From a virus: DNA of 64,000 nucleotides. Positions 59,101 through 64,000 of this stretch are shown here, in pieces; the stretch's first letter is position 1; each line of letters opens with the position of its first letter. Location of the stretch: positions 1-64,000 of the IMG/VR virus record IMGVR_UViG_3300025093_000012. The stretch is one strand, 5' to 3'. The notes below the pieces were generated by a model. The model worked only from the letters and a program-made list of their open reading frames with translations, had not been told where the DNA came from and did not search any database. The translations under genes were made by a program, and so were the position numbers.

Positions 59101-59266
59101 TAGCTCCTGTTCCAGGACCAACAACATCTTCTGGAAAATTATCAACTGCAATTTGATTTGCATCAACAGTTGACTCCATTGGCAAACTTACTTCAGGTGT
59201 ATTGCTTAATGATGCATCTGGCGTAACATTTGGAGATACAGGTAAATTTTCATTTAATTCTGCCAT
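44177..59266 (-). CDS. giant virion RNA polymerase (crAss-like) with zincin domain
   Basis: 5029 aa; RIPSQ...GADFDIDK (DFDID at 47315-47329) as in crAss-like virion RNAPs; HEAFH at 52550-52564. Confidence 0.9.
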   Translation of the reverse strand: MAELNENLPVSPNVTPDASLSNTPEVSLPMESTVDANQIAVDNFPEDVVGPGTGAIDIPYRFDPVAMVDDSSFNGAVDIAIASQPAFDDQPFRDMIDQHAVDMSKYAVQLPNSNMNTAHPGNAGDAFNPFEADTGNFNLNSAAGRKAFFASGENLTSALESPTSTPAYTHPVSYNSRKYEMDRYYHHPRFKDLGFHPFANNDAYYNTNSSKWDNFTRSRAAFSSMFDDAFTSSYRSIADAFSGRTSLSDMQGAQAMDDAMRIGRSSSGGTRGFFNDLYVNSAYTFGIVSNIMVEEAVLALATYFSGGGTAGALATRTAYNAGRFVKALSRLADVKTYASAGSKMLGKLKNFDAAKSFYTAVRSGGTKLGLGMARFLTPETLYSFHKVRTAAKAGENMTNIARANAHLGGFYRDIRAVNLAWSESKMEGGMTEAERRMSLYEDIYKYNNNSAPTQEQLNMIASDARQAAFTNQMINLPIIYLSNKLVLGPAMRGFRPLGRVMDDALDSRFGRIFFGGTKAGKKPFSDLGKEWIIGETFRRMYKAGARGSMKHLAATGLKYSVANFAEGFQELAQEASSAGIRSYYDGLYSLDLSADIDMQLAEMTENYNNARRTFLGTDTLQRNPSLDIMDAVSRGMGSQMSGEGFKVFMSGFLMGGLVQGPQKFMMDSVPNIFRWGKSKIMKDGQWQEFVDNKEKVIANAVEQLNNVYADPDKFFNPDRINLLTQKAYNQTMFAAADAGDILSYYDAADAAIFSHLNTVLATGRMGIFKDYIQDMKKMDDKALKEAFPDNRSSASTLRKRLDKFEDRANEVEKNYDEFNEEFINPYRPDKFEKGTREYQQEVLKSVAFKHAREMALYTKNTFETSLIRSNEIFTKLGNQEALESLTALDIDILTDPTKLVKELGLLEEEVKKEGKTKEEKEQIEFKKKKLELLTVLSDILTNPEYAIVSEGIEFQDIVALDEEGRPIFGTKDGVGKTRRIGRFDRRKIKSSGLQQAFIDYIAFLADAKGDTLKGKDLKSVLVDIIDYGYLKGRAGDYYRAHMTLMNPEYMDEYIERISGVMKEVYEKYTDKNNQTLKLKRYQDKKIRIQWLQTLSEEEGVQPDPDETIAFLERGIIPTNYYSAEGKITAQSDPVLFKRIQSRISDLQKSQSVETAESVDAQRQETQAESQQETEEGATPDFESIVGRSKYQQFYNSDKNTQEILDKLYQQYKATYSVTDGPFLDKNKWLASKKGGKNILQARYELNEFYKNDDSIDKTEYPTMDEWLKANARNPLLVGTNGLLTRLDVDYSDVSPEFAGKGTLPKDKLDATEEVVASDDVMGINLLKTTTVDDNGQTEVVYTIVDGKGNNLYDKFGSIDPNGKYIQLGYTGKDAFKRAKKAYKYYQNNMPKNETFKFAGQFLKSGDIVVDSVGNKYLVKSSNKMVSTFKNIYLEPLDAEQSKNTPKKEKFYTVKQWEAQGFQRVDDASVNLVGTLVTKISQFYPLTIYGFNGAKVMPGFLLHGKYDDLDLSNKEDFEKKLRELTPTQIKDLELLVELNPNYDQQIKDIEAGKVKPYNVNEGFAANPLLAYGVNKYQITIMSDGKPLGIMAGIDQTLLLDVDGSTIDATKITAEQAERLFIKNKGQSAEELAASVRRNYSKAKLITEELKSKLGSTPTLFFGINDLENIELNITPGYNGWRVNANGNPVLKGGQTATTAYEDLESNTFTYNGEEYTIIYDTRKDKRGVRISKKVPTDNLEPGSVTDQAITAAIAEQLRRDGFDTIPALGMGRYVQFVTLPNGTISYFEIKLDALSKEAGVEVVTNIKETQQELLDNVTDDKGEFKTKTDKFDPETLGDQATDKIADIFYVQTSQPGLNVFMRFNKRGGFEVTVKNKQGESVSVFLNAPDFAEIRTLSDFATAINNKIKNSPQAKEAGIKIKLNDQSFVPNLPRNLSNVSELQGIGLSANIIPELKWGLAADLNYTNEDAIKNEMNSINKYESSSPEGDVAKAEDTVEGGPISLNQEVYNELFENNFENIPEEIIEDIRKKIISDGYDSLSQIEKDVAEAYKLSSGVDLALATDNSTIEAATQKDEDGLQAEYNNQDLASLIAEKEIELKALRVSLRNQFIKEFKEANPGQTKGQYNLQALNAVKNSEEVQKLEKEIKSLKEKLIGKIVSDKFDGRNVEEINEFIKWANDNLPEYIQIKDIEDLGRRLISNGITLGAFVIELGKVSKGIEALSGSLYVGKETGFRYHEAFHAVFRMMLSEAEITKFLGIARDNVRSLMKTSKGYEIESGVFVKTMAEARAYMKTLSQTYADMDNKTLDSTIFEEYLADQFELFKINPRSSKVDTEVKSFFQRLIDFIKSIFLSYSKGDLQGLFNDINTGKYKAAPIQKNRFTESAITDSTILEQTGAPSNIAFAIRKGDPIPSSRLIGRTDDTEIYYINNYFTQQETETIVGSITANFFRAQEKLTKANDFNGKYNPKELLDRVIDEYIEEQDPARTDEEGNLYYAEDENFFDYSDQLEERYEGLRTYKDDVRKSVSDLLNLFDTQIEDQQVVLDRNALALDASLKNDEDFEASANEIGGFKSVSKGIRVFFATRLKSVIDPLTGKQTLAPVNYVNTYNTFMKALAGITDPNQMLARLKYFENQNDDTRAVIGDLFAKFNLSEYTLEQLLNGNYNVDQVRSQGFFQAVLKGFTQLRSDYYQLEVDQNAKLVNIFKATSRDDASTQIDNWQDHYATLVDGLTDKEGLRNSAQAVFERIEFLAGKDQIDSAVLDKAAREISSDLFNKVGIDVTALTVKFIILNNGVTNKNDDQNTFMKLYASSVPTPTFNLEDVQEIGVAISLHGRTEDGRVKANLYYDQIEEDVTEDTSTGQETGTDVKFRIKKLAQLNAVFDSTVGATVFRNAEGKLIYAHQMPTYNLEKVAELNSEDAMDELLDNPFLTKQFMLTDPRFRDLVVSGKLRISRMGGVKYTNLEADENGNFKANNKLKDNKNNKTFGDVSGAEFQALAINLYLSDYNNSTGELKERYHLDENGKRVPYATSLQNITVISESNTADFVPLPVLMTVALKNGKSELTDETVERFEDAVIRTETERINREKFEKEGFTEDEVFGYNDSASGRAFKFYNGRNLLSKSKTRVTKLNSLGENQGLALNAEARKTLENRKEDESQLFILSNDQVQRLDLNRSRQVVGSIYTTGKSNELSSEKYMIEYQGVQSSENYSIEELLALLGGDISQTKTKQNNNMLYLGDTQYFVRTGAIKQWLQGKQTFDIATLRKMNSVEQQMFDALGVTEVTEEVDFEQKDVNDQVIEMFEKAANEDPNFDYDKTKAEIEAELGISVRDLIKERLEQEFNEHLTILQNNKTLDSVDKRITGTLATSTGTNNKITKKSAERLNLIANNPDNHNLKQIFYNEWLNRTLFKQILLQDPSMLFKNSVDEIKRAKALNAAGPSAQSLIAAPYVYDSAGNIKSGLGVNHKVNHISLMTFEDIETPARFGRKGTEDKPVTSTDAQLYYTSKAFRYLMFGIGSLNTAQARIMDRVDAGENISLDEFYGAGITQQGYKALGGIMNSKKFVYFDGEVFLKMSAFVLSKNLTSDPETNFEKALPDTVHLHNLRVAMESVEANGVDTIAIAVPASASKTAKKNIIPKEVILNPNFNLSDQAQYDDFVNSGYVTDLSAKYMRLQQITPSNKGTITDPTQIKQLITSEQDNSVRVTVGDKEMSLGEVRALYNKTLGDRVEIKYLQRRNLIFDFQRAQDELQDSIELGTVTVDLHAFLKYAQQALAASGAGPQFMEIFEMDETGSQKYDLNNPITQNKFQQLFLAFFSKGEVSEKVAGDSFALVSNFGKKFYKRALAVDEVGNPTRWEVIRREDYLKNRQELAKTEYDNQDNRTFVGLQVGDIYLDELRMNVKEYDKNGNETGLTYSETAMPAWDVRLNKIKADQPIPDVVAKMFGVRIPSQDKHSAINLKVVDFLPVEYGSSAMFPTELVEISGADFDIDKLYTHFKEFYVKDGEFIEYGATENVDQQYQEYIDYMIADAKKKGTSMSYAVDLWKSRGRITDPAKVNDLSLPSDSIIGALKILSLPVTKDEFIQYKEKFDRLPYTAAQSNEAINLKYAMLGNKGMTEGRFDRPVGAAYEPAVLDPVEEVWNEIEESLPELADLVREEGVIIESPVGMYRSWVNNKAGAGAIGAAVLPNIIVNMLKEYNISLRSTNRLGPIAGGNISINDYNYTSFKGDYFIDPATGKPLTSGDRKQFVISALVTAATDNAKERLLGKLGLNKNALATTVGLVSLGVDLKTAIMLINQPTVREIYARAEAGEASMTALLNEAIDELAAQNDDAITNAKKTKVTTDMLINEIRNPGEIDSTEKLATLLLFRNATVLSSTLGDLQVLSTNTSFDFTSIDDINRAYQKMESVGLFMSEKEWAESSIPVDARSLFDKNKTFQGRYAAILDNLTQTMPSVFVTMSPTFLRFKNAAMQNIPFAQEPKVAKDLLSYFIVKAYMKALSDNGNAKLNVSLDNGFIYDEMAGPITINSVVNNIRTVLKSKGQSNAFMDFVAKKDTNNPANKAMINMLVGKTWTNLNASQVTQLQNGLRDLYAMPELREDVRHIIHYLILKDGLQYARDTFLDIIPVPLLDDILNVSGRVTNLFDNDRVSDGQFVSMFGDTQTELLKEWVEGYSQSRGNIYFLSEIKRRQRGPVQVIKQKSKVKTRQKAILVEENEEGQYTIDINANFSKTKKTKKETRKKGRYQDFELSMNRERNTKAIVRAGRFATAKQDVPKKGGGTQTIDLIGFPMIIKMDVAPPAKPGQRKKADVREFKLVYLYTPKQAGNYQDMIDFTNENIAYGLRAKYEEVEAKGSMQQYDAGFVHGDRSDYKYLQEKKDQRDSATNTSESSMEKWAAAASQDPTGMGKPGVRVNATDKNYTVENVAGQTGNVKVTVEVTDPTPSQLEQIQRMSEQNVEEGPSIDTEGRSVKIKAKEDPNADYTTIETEWDNITPDAKREISENRKISSVEEAIAAYKASNSLFPISQEDWMETLKNCK

Positions 59267-59277
59267 AGTATTATGTC

Positions 59278-62200
59278 TTATTGGTTTCCTTGGATTTCGT
59301 CAGAAATCTTTTTATTATTCACACCAAGGTTATGTAATCTTTGATTTTGAACTATTCTATGTCTATCTAATTGTTTAGCATCAAGATTTAATACAGTAGC
59401 TGATACTGGATCAGGAACAATGTTTCCTGTCTTTGGATCTACACCATATGTTGTAAATTCTTGTATATATTGTCCTTTGCTATTTTGATATATAGTAAAG
59501 TTACCCCCGTTTGCAATAAATGGACTTTCATATCTACCGTCTCTAGCAATTGTAGAAGCTACTTGATTTATTATTTGATTATCACTCTTGTATGCATTAT
59601 TATCATATGATTCAGGATACATAATAGTAATACCATTTTGCAATAACTTAAAATCATTCTCACTTAAATTACTTTTTCTAGAGTTAATGTAATCATCTGA
59701 AAATCTAATATGTCTTGCAGCCACCTGTTGATCTGCAGGTTGTTCTGGTCCACCTGCTTTTTCTACATAAGTATCATTAATAACAAACCTACTATCAGTT
59801 TTATCAGGAAGACCTCTTCTAAGATCTGTAAAAGCTCCTTCTAAAAATCCTCTTGCTGTTGGATTCTCTTCTATATCAGCATATGGAGTACCACGTTCAT
59901 CACCAAAAGTAATTCTTAAATCAGCTTTAGGTGTATTATAGAATACATTCACAAGATCTTTCATCTGTTCTGTAGCTTGTGCACTTGGAGCAGCAACATC
60001 ATAAACACTAGAATATTGATTCTCTAAAATCTGATCACCGTATTCTGTTTGTCCTAATGTATAAGCTCTTCTATCAAATGTAAGCTCCATATCATCTGCA
60101 GCTGCATCATCACCCATAGTATTCATATTAGAAACAAAATCATCATAAAGAGAATCTGCATCATTAGCTGCTTTTTCATCATTAAATGCCCACCTATTAT
60201 TCATGACTGTTTCAGCTGTATACTCACTAGTCATTTGAGTATAACTATCACGGGCCCAGTACTCATATCTTTTTGTCTCTCTATCATCACCAAAGAACCC
60301 TCTCTTATCTCTCATCCAGAAAGGATAGTCATCCATATCCCAATTATTCGTACTTATAGCTCTATTTATTTGAGCCATATCAGCTGAAGTACCTCTCATT
60401 ACAGAACTATATATCTGTCTATATTCATCTTTACCAACCATCCTATATGTTGGTTGACCATTTGCATCTAACATAGGATGCTCATAATCAGGAGATGACA
60501 TTATTTCATTAACCTCTTGTGGGCTATGGCCTTGTTTATATAATTGTATTTCTCCTTCTGAAAGAATAATCCCTGGTATTTCTTGAATAGGCTTTCCGTC
60601 ATTACCATTTCCTTTATAACCACTATATCTACCAAGATTACCTTGCTCTAATTCATTTGCTAAAGTAAAATCATGAATATTTTTATATATTCTATTTTGT
60701 TCATTTTCAGCATCAATCATAACTTGTTGTTGAGTATTTAAATCCTCAACATATGCACCTATCTGTTGTGTAATAGCAACACCTTCTGTTGTTTGTGTAA
60801 GTGTAGGAAAGTTAAGATTAACTACTGAACCATCTTGTAGAGTAACATAAGGTGCATCTGAGTCTCCTGGTTTAGTAGTTGTAAAGAAATTAATTAGACC
60901 ATTAGTTCTATTATCTAAAAACTGAAGATTAGCTTGATTATATCCTTCGTATTGTTTTTTAATATCCTCTTTTGTAAGAGTACTACCTGATGGTCTAGCA
61001 TCATACATTTGATCTATAAATTCATCAGTAACCTCAACAGGAGAAAGATCAGCAAACATTTGATCTACTGTACCAACTTTTACTTGACCATTTGGATATT
61101 GTGTATTTTGAACAGTATATTCAAACTGTCCACCTCCTTTATAACCACCTGTACCTTGAAATTCAGCTGGAAGGTTTTGTGCTAAAAACTCATAAAACTC
61201 TTTAGAAGTTTTATTATAAGCTCTTGTTTGTTGTATAGTAGCAGCTTCATTTCTTTCCATCATTGTATGAAGTCCAACTGGATCACCACTTATAGCCTCA
61301 TCACCAGGTAATTGTATAACACCACCAAACAAATCTGCAGCTGCTGCTTGATTATCCATATCTTTCAAAGCTACATCATACTCAAACTTTTTAGCCATCT
61401 TAGCCATGTCATAAGCATGCTGAGCATTCATTCTAGATAATGCAAACTGATGTTGCATTTCTAATTGTTTAAATGGATTAGCTTTTAATGTTCTTTCAGC
61501 ATCTATCATGCTGTATGCTTTTGCAGCAGCCAACATTTTAGGAGCCATATTACCACCCATATATGCACTATAAGCTATATTCATAAGCTTATTTACATCA
61601 TCAGTTGGTTGTCTTACTTCCTTTAGACTTTGCTCAGTAGCTTTTTTATTTGCTTCAGCAATAGAAAGATTGTATGCATTCAAAGCAAGAGCTTCCTCAG
61701 CAGATGAGCCAGGAGTTATATTATTTCTTTTAGCCCATTCTTTCCAATTGTTATCTGCTTGTACAGCATTTTCATAAACAGCATTATCATTAACTAGCTT
61801 CTTAGTTTGCTCATCAGCATATACCTCAATTGTTTGTTGAGCCCATGCTTGTTCTGCTTGCTGTCTCCCACCATACTGTTCAGCATTTTCTTTACCAAAA
61901 TTATATGCTTTAACCTGTGCTTCTAACATATAAGCTTGACGCACTTGTGGATCTTGCATTACTGTATTTTGAATATACTCAGCAGCTGGATTTGAATAAA
62001 TAGGAATTGGTTGTTTATTATCATCATAAATTAATGAGCCATCTTGATTTCTTTGATAACCTGTAACTTGACTTGTAAGAGCATTACCATTCTGTGTAGT
62101 AACAATCCAATCACCTTCTAGTGTAGTTTGTTTTACTTTTAAACCACTGTCTTTTAGTGCCTCAAAAGATTTCTCATATAAATTAGGGTTAGATATATAT

Positions 62201-62700
62201 TTAGGTAAACCCATTGTTTGTGCTTCCTCTGCAGATGCGTCTCTAAACTTTTCCATTTGCATCTGTAAACCTTGAACACCAATGTCCCAATACCTATCTC
62301 TTGTCTCATCTACACTAGAGTTCTTAAATCTATTAGCATTCATCATCTCTTGTCTATAAGACTTAGTGAACGCCATATCTTTTAGAAGTGCTTTATCTTC
62401 AAAAAATGGTTTAAACACACCTTTTGCTACATCAACATTCTTTTGTAAAGAAAGGTCTAATCCAGAAACCTGCTTAAGACCATTACTAATTCTATTAGCA
62501 TACTGATCTTGTTTCTCTTTACTATCTTCTCTAGTCAAAGGTGCATATACAACTTTACTATATAGATTATTCAATGATTGGAAGTTGGTATCATACCTAT
62601 CCTGCCTAACTGTTAAAACATCAGATAGAAACTTATAGTCTGGCTTGAATGGCTCCAAGACAGGTATATAATCCGTTACTCCTTTTATATAAGTTGCCAT
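59278..62700 (-). CDS. large virion cargo/ejection protein
   Basis: 1140 aa helical protein directly upstream of the vRNAP gene, as in crAss-like cargo clusters. Confidence 0.7.
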   Translation of the reverse strand: MATYIKGVTDYIPVLEPFKPDYKFLSDVLTVRQDRYDTNFQSLNNLYSKVVYAPLTREDSKEKQDQYANRISNGLKQVSGLDLSLQKNVDVAKGVFKPFFEDKALLKDMAFTKSYRQEMMNANRFKNSSVDETRDRYWDIGVQGLQMQMEKFRDASAEEAQTMGLPKYISNPNLYEKSFEALKDSGLKVKQTTLEGDWIVTTQNGNALTSQVTGYQRNQDGSLIYDDNKQPIPIYSNPAAEYIQNTVMQDPQVRQAYMLEAQVKAYNFGKENAEQYGGRQQAEQAWAQQTIEVYADEQTKKLVNDNAVYENAVQADNNWKEWAKRNNITPGSSAEEALALNAYNLSIAEANKKATEQSLKEVRQPTDDVNKLMNIAYSAYMGGNMAPKMLAAAKAYSMIDAERTLKANPFKQLEMQHQFALSRMNAQHAYDMAKMAKKFEYDVALKDMDNQAAAADLFGGVIQLPGDEAISGDPVGLHTMMERNEAATIQQTRAYNKTSKEFYEFLAQNLPAEFQGTGGYKGGGQFEYTVQNTQYPNGQVKVGTVDQMFADLSPVEVTDEFIDQMYDARPSGSTLTKEDIKKQYEGYNQANLQFLDNRTNGLINFFTTTKPGDSDAPYVTLQDGSVVNLNFPTLTQTTEGVAITQQIGAYVEDLNTQQQVMIDAENEQNRIYKNIHDFTLANELEQGNLGRYSGYKGNGNDGKPIQEIPGIILSEGEIQLYKQGHSPQEVNEIMSSPDYEHPMLDANGQPTYRMVGKDEYRQIYSSVMRGTSADMAQINRAISTNNWDMDDYPFWMRDKRGFFGDDRETKRYEYWARDSYTQMTSEYTAETVMNNRWAFNDEKAANDADSLYDDFVSNMNTMGDDAAADDMELTFDRRAYTLGQTEYGDQILENQYSSVYDVAAPSAQATEQMKDLVNVFYNTPKADLRITFGDERGTPYADIEENPTARGFLEGAFTDLRRGLPDKTDSRFVINDTYVEKAGGPEQPADQQVAARHIRFSDDYINSRKSNLSENDFKLLQNGITIMYPESYDNNAYKSDNQIINQVASTIARDGRYESPFIANGGNFTIYQNSKGQYIQEFTTYGVDPKTGNIVPDPVSATVLNLDAKQLDRHRIVQNQRLHNLGVNNKKISDEIQGNQ

Positions 62701-62704
62701 ATTA

Positions 62705-62712
62705 CAAAGATA
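62705..62712 (-). promoter_or_regulatory. Bacteroidetes-type -7 element TATCTTTG
   Basis: TAnnTTTG 4 nt upstream of the ATG at 62700. Confidence 0.45.
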
Positions 62713-62762
62713 CTAAATTTTTATGGTTTGTCATATTATACACAATACACTTTTAAAGTTTA

Positions 62763-64000
62763 CTATTTACCCATTGGCAAGAAAAAATCTCTTAATTCTG
62801 CTCCTTTTCTAAGGATTCTCATTTCTCTTCCCATCTTACCTTGATATCCTGCATTTGTAATTACATCTTGCTGCTGTCTACCAAATGTAGTTGGTGCAGT
62901 TTGATTAGGCATTTTAAATACAGGCCACTGATCCTGTGGTACACCTGCAGCATCTAGCTTTTCTGTAATAGCAACATACTGATCAACTGCATCTTGTGGA
63001 TCTTTATAATTAGGATCTGCATAAAATGCTTTAGGATCTGTAATATTAATTATACCTCCTGACGCTGGATCAATATCAAACTGAGGATATATACTATTTA
63101 GATTTGCTGTATTAGCTCTATTAGTATATGCATTCTGAAGCTGTGCAGTAATAGCTGCATTTGCTTTTCTCATTGCATTATCATAGTTCTCATCAGTTAG
63201 TACAGTGTTATCATATAACTGTTTCTTTTCGTTATTATTAAGAAGTTGAGTTTTATACTCTAGCTCTGCATTTTTAACACCTATAGTATTAGCTAGTTGT
63301 ACATTATCATTTTGAACTTTATTTATTGTATCAGCAATAGCTGTATTAGCTTTACCTTGTGCTGCTAGTGCAGCAGACATAGCTCTACCAGAACCAGATC
63401 CAAATGCTTTAGCTACTTCTGCAGCTGTAGCTGCTTGCTCACCTATAGCTGCAATCTCTCTTGTAGGATCTTTAAATACTCCGTCAATTTGTGGTTGGTC
63501 ATAAAATGGAGCCCAAGGATAACGTTTTTGCAAACTCAGTTTAGCATCTCTTGCGTTAGCTAAACCTAGTTCATCTTGTAACCAAAATGGAGTATCTTTT
63601 TTCTCACCTACTTTTTCTTGAACATCAATTTCCTTATCACACTCACAACCAGATGCAGGTGTAGTTACATTTCCTTCAGCATCTTTTACAGCTGCAGTAT
63701 AAGGTGTCCAAGTTCCTCCAGCTTCAGTACATGCTGCTTGCATCTCTTCTGCATTTGCACAAGGCACAGCATCCACGGCTTCTGTAGTTTCTACAGTACC
63801 CATCAACTCTCTGTTAGTGGTATTACCCCAAAAACCATCATCTCCTGAAACCATTCCATCAAATAGTTTATCATCGGCAACACCAGTATTAAAGTACTCT
63901 TGAGTTTTATCATCTCCTGCTTCAACATACTTACCAGCAATAAAACCTGCTTGAGCATGACTAATCATATCCTTATCTAATGGAGTAAAGCCTTGCTCTT
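62763..64000 (-). CDS. virion cargo protein, C-terminal part (start outside window)
   Basis: Frame stays open to the window edge; Ala/Gln/Asn-rich helical region. Confidence 0.7.
   Translation of the reverse strand, partial: EQGFTPLDKDMISHAQAGFIAGKYVEAGDDKTQEYFNTGVADDKLFDGMVSGDDGFWGNTTNRELMGTVETTEAVDAVPCANAEEMQAACTEAGGTWTPYTAAVKDAEGNVTTPASGCECDKEIDVQEKVGEKKDTPFWLQDELGLANARDAKLSLQKRYPWAPFYDQPQIDGVFKDPTREIAAIGEQAATAAEVAKAFGSGSGRAMSAALAAQGKANTAIADTINKVQNDNVQLANTIGVKNAELEYKTQLLNNNEKKQLYDNTVLTDENYDNAMRKANAAITAQLQNAYTNRANTANLNSIYPQFDIDPASGGIINITDPKAFYADPNYKDPQDAVDQYVAITEKLDAAGVPQDQWPVFKMPNQTAPTTFGRQQQDVITNAGYQGKMGREMRILRKGAELRDFFLPMGK

Noticed and set aside
1-64000. Stop-codon reassignment as in some gut crAss-like phages
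   Set aside because: Very long ORFs are intact under code 11, TAG and TGA both serve as stops, and there is no suppressor tRNA

Overview
This window is about 64 kb of an AT-rich dsDNA phage genome with the hallmarks of the crAss-like phages (order Crassvirales). It encodes a giant virion RNA polymerase (DFDID motif) flanked by large cargo proteins, a crAss-type family B DNA polymerase, and DnaB, DnaG and AAA_24 replication genes. Bacteroidetes-type TAnnTTTG promoters point to a Bacteroidota host, possibly an aquatic Flavobacteriia (inference). Layout: 1-952 leftward small genes; about 1000-1150 strand switch and possible genome-end region; 1150-30879 rightward early and replication block with 3 tRNAs; 30951-64000 leftward late/virion block interrupted by a rightward class II RNR island. 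The standard genetic code fits, and no CRISPR array, intein or IS element was seen. The most striking unexplained element is an ~0.9 kb ORF-poor stretch (about 2275-3175) packed with short stems, GNRA tetraloops and a T-loop, which is a candidate giant structured ncRNA of GOLLD/ROOL type or a new class. Other notable items are a seven-gene DUF6878-DUF6915-vWA/metallopeptidase-MoxR operon with three proteins sharing a motif, several orphan structured RNAs, a phage-specific promoter motif and apparent CpG depletion. All family calls come from motif recognition by eye, not database searches.
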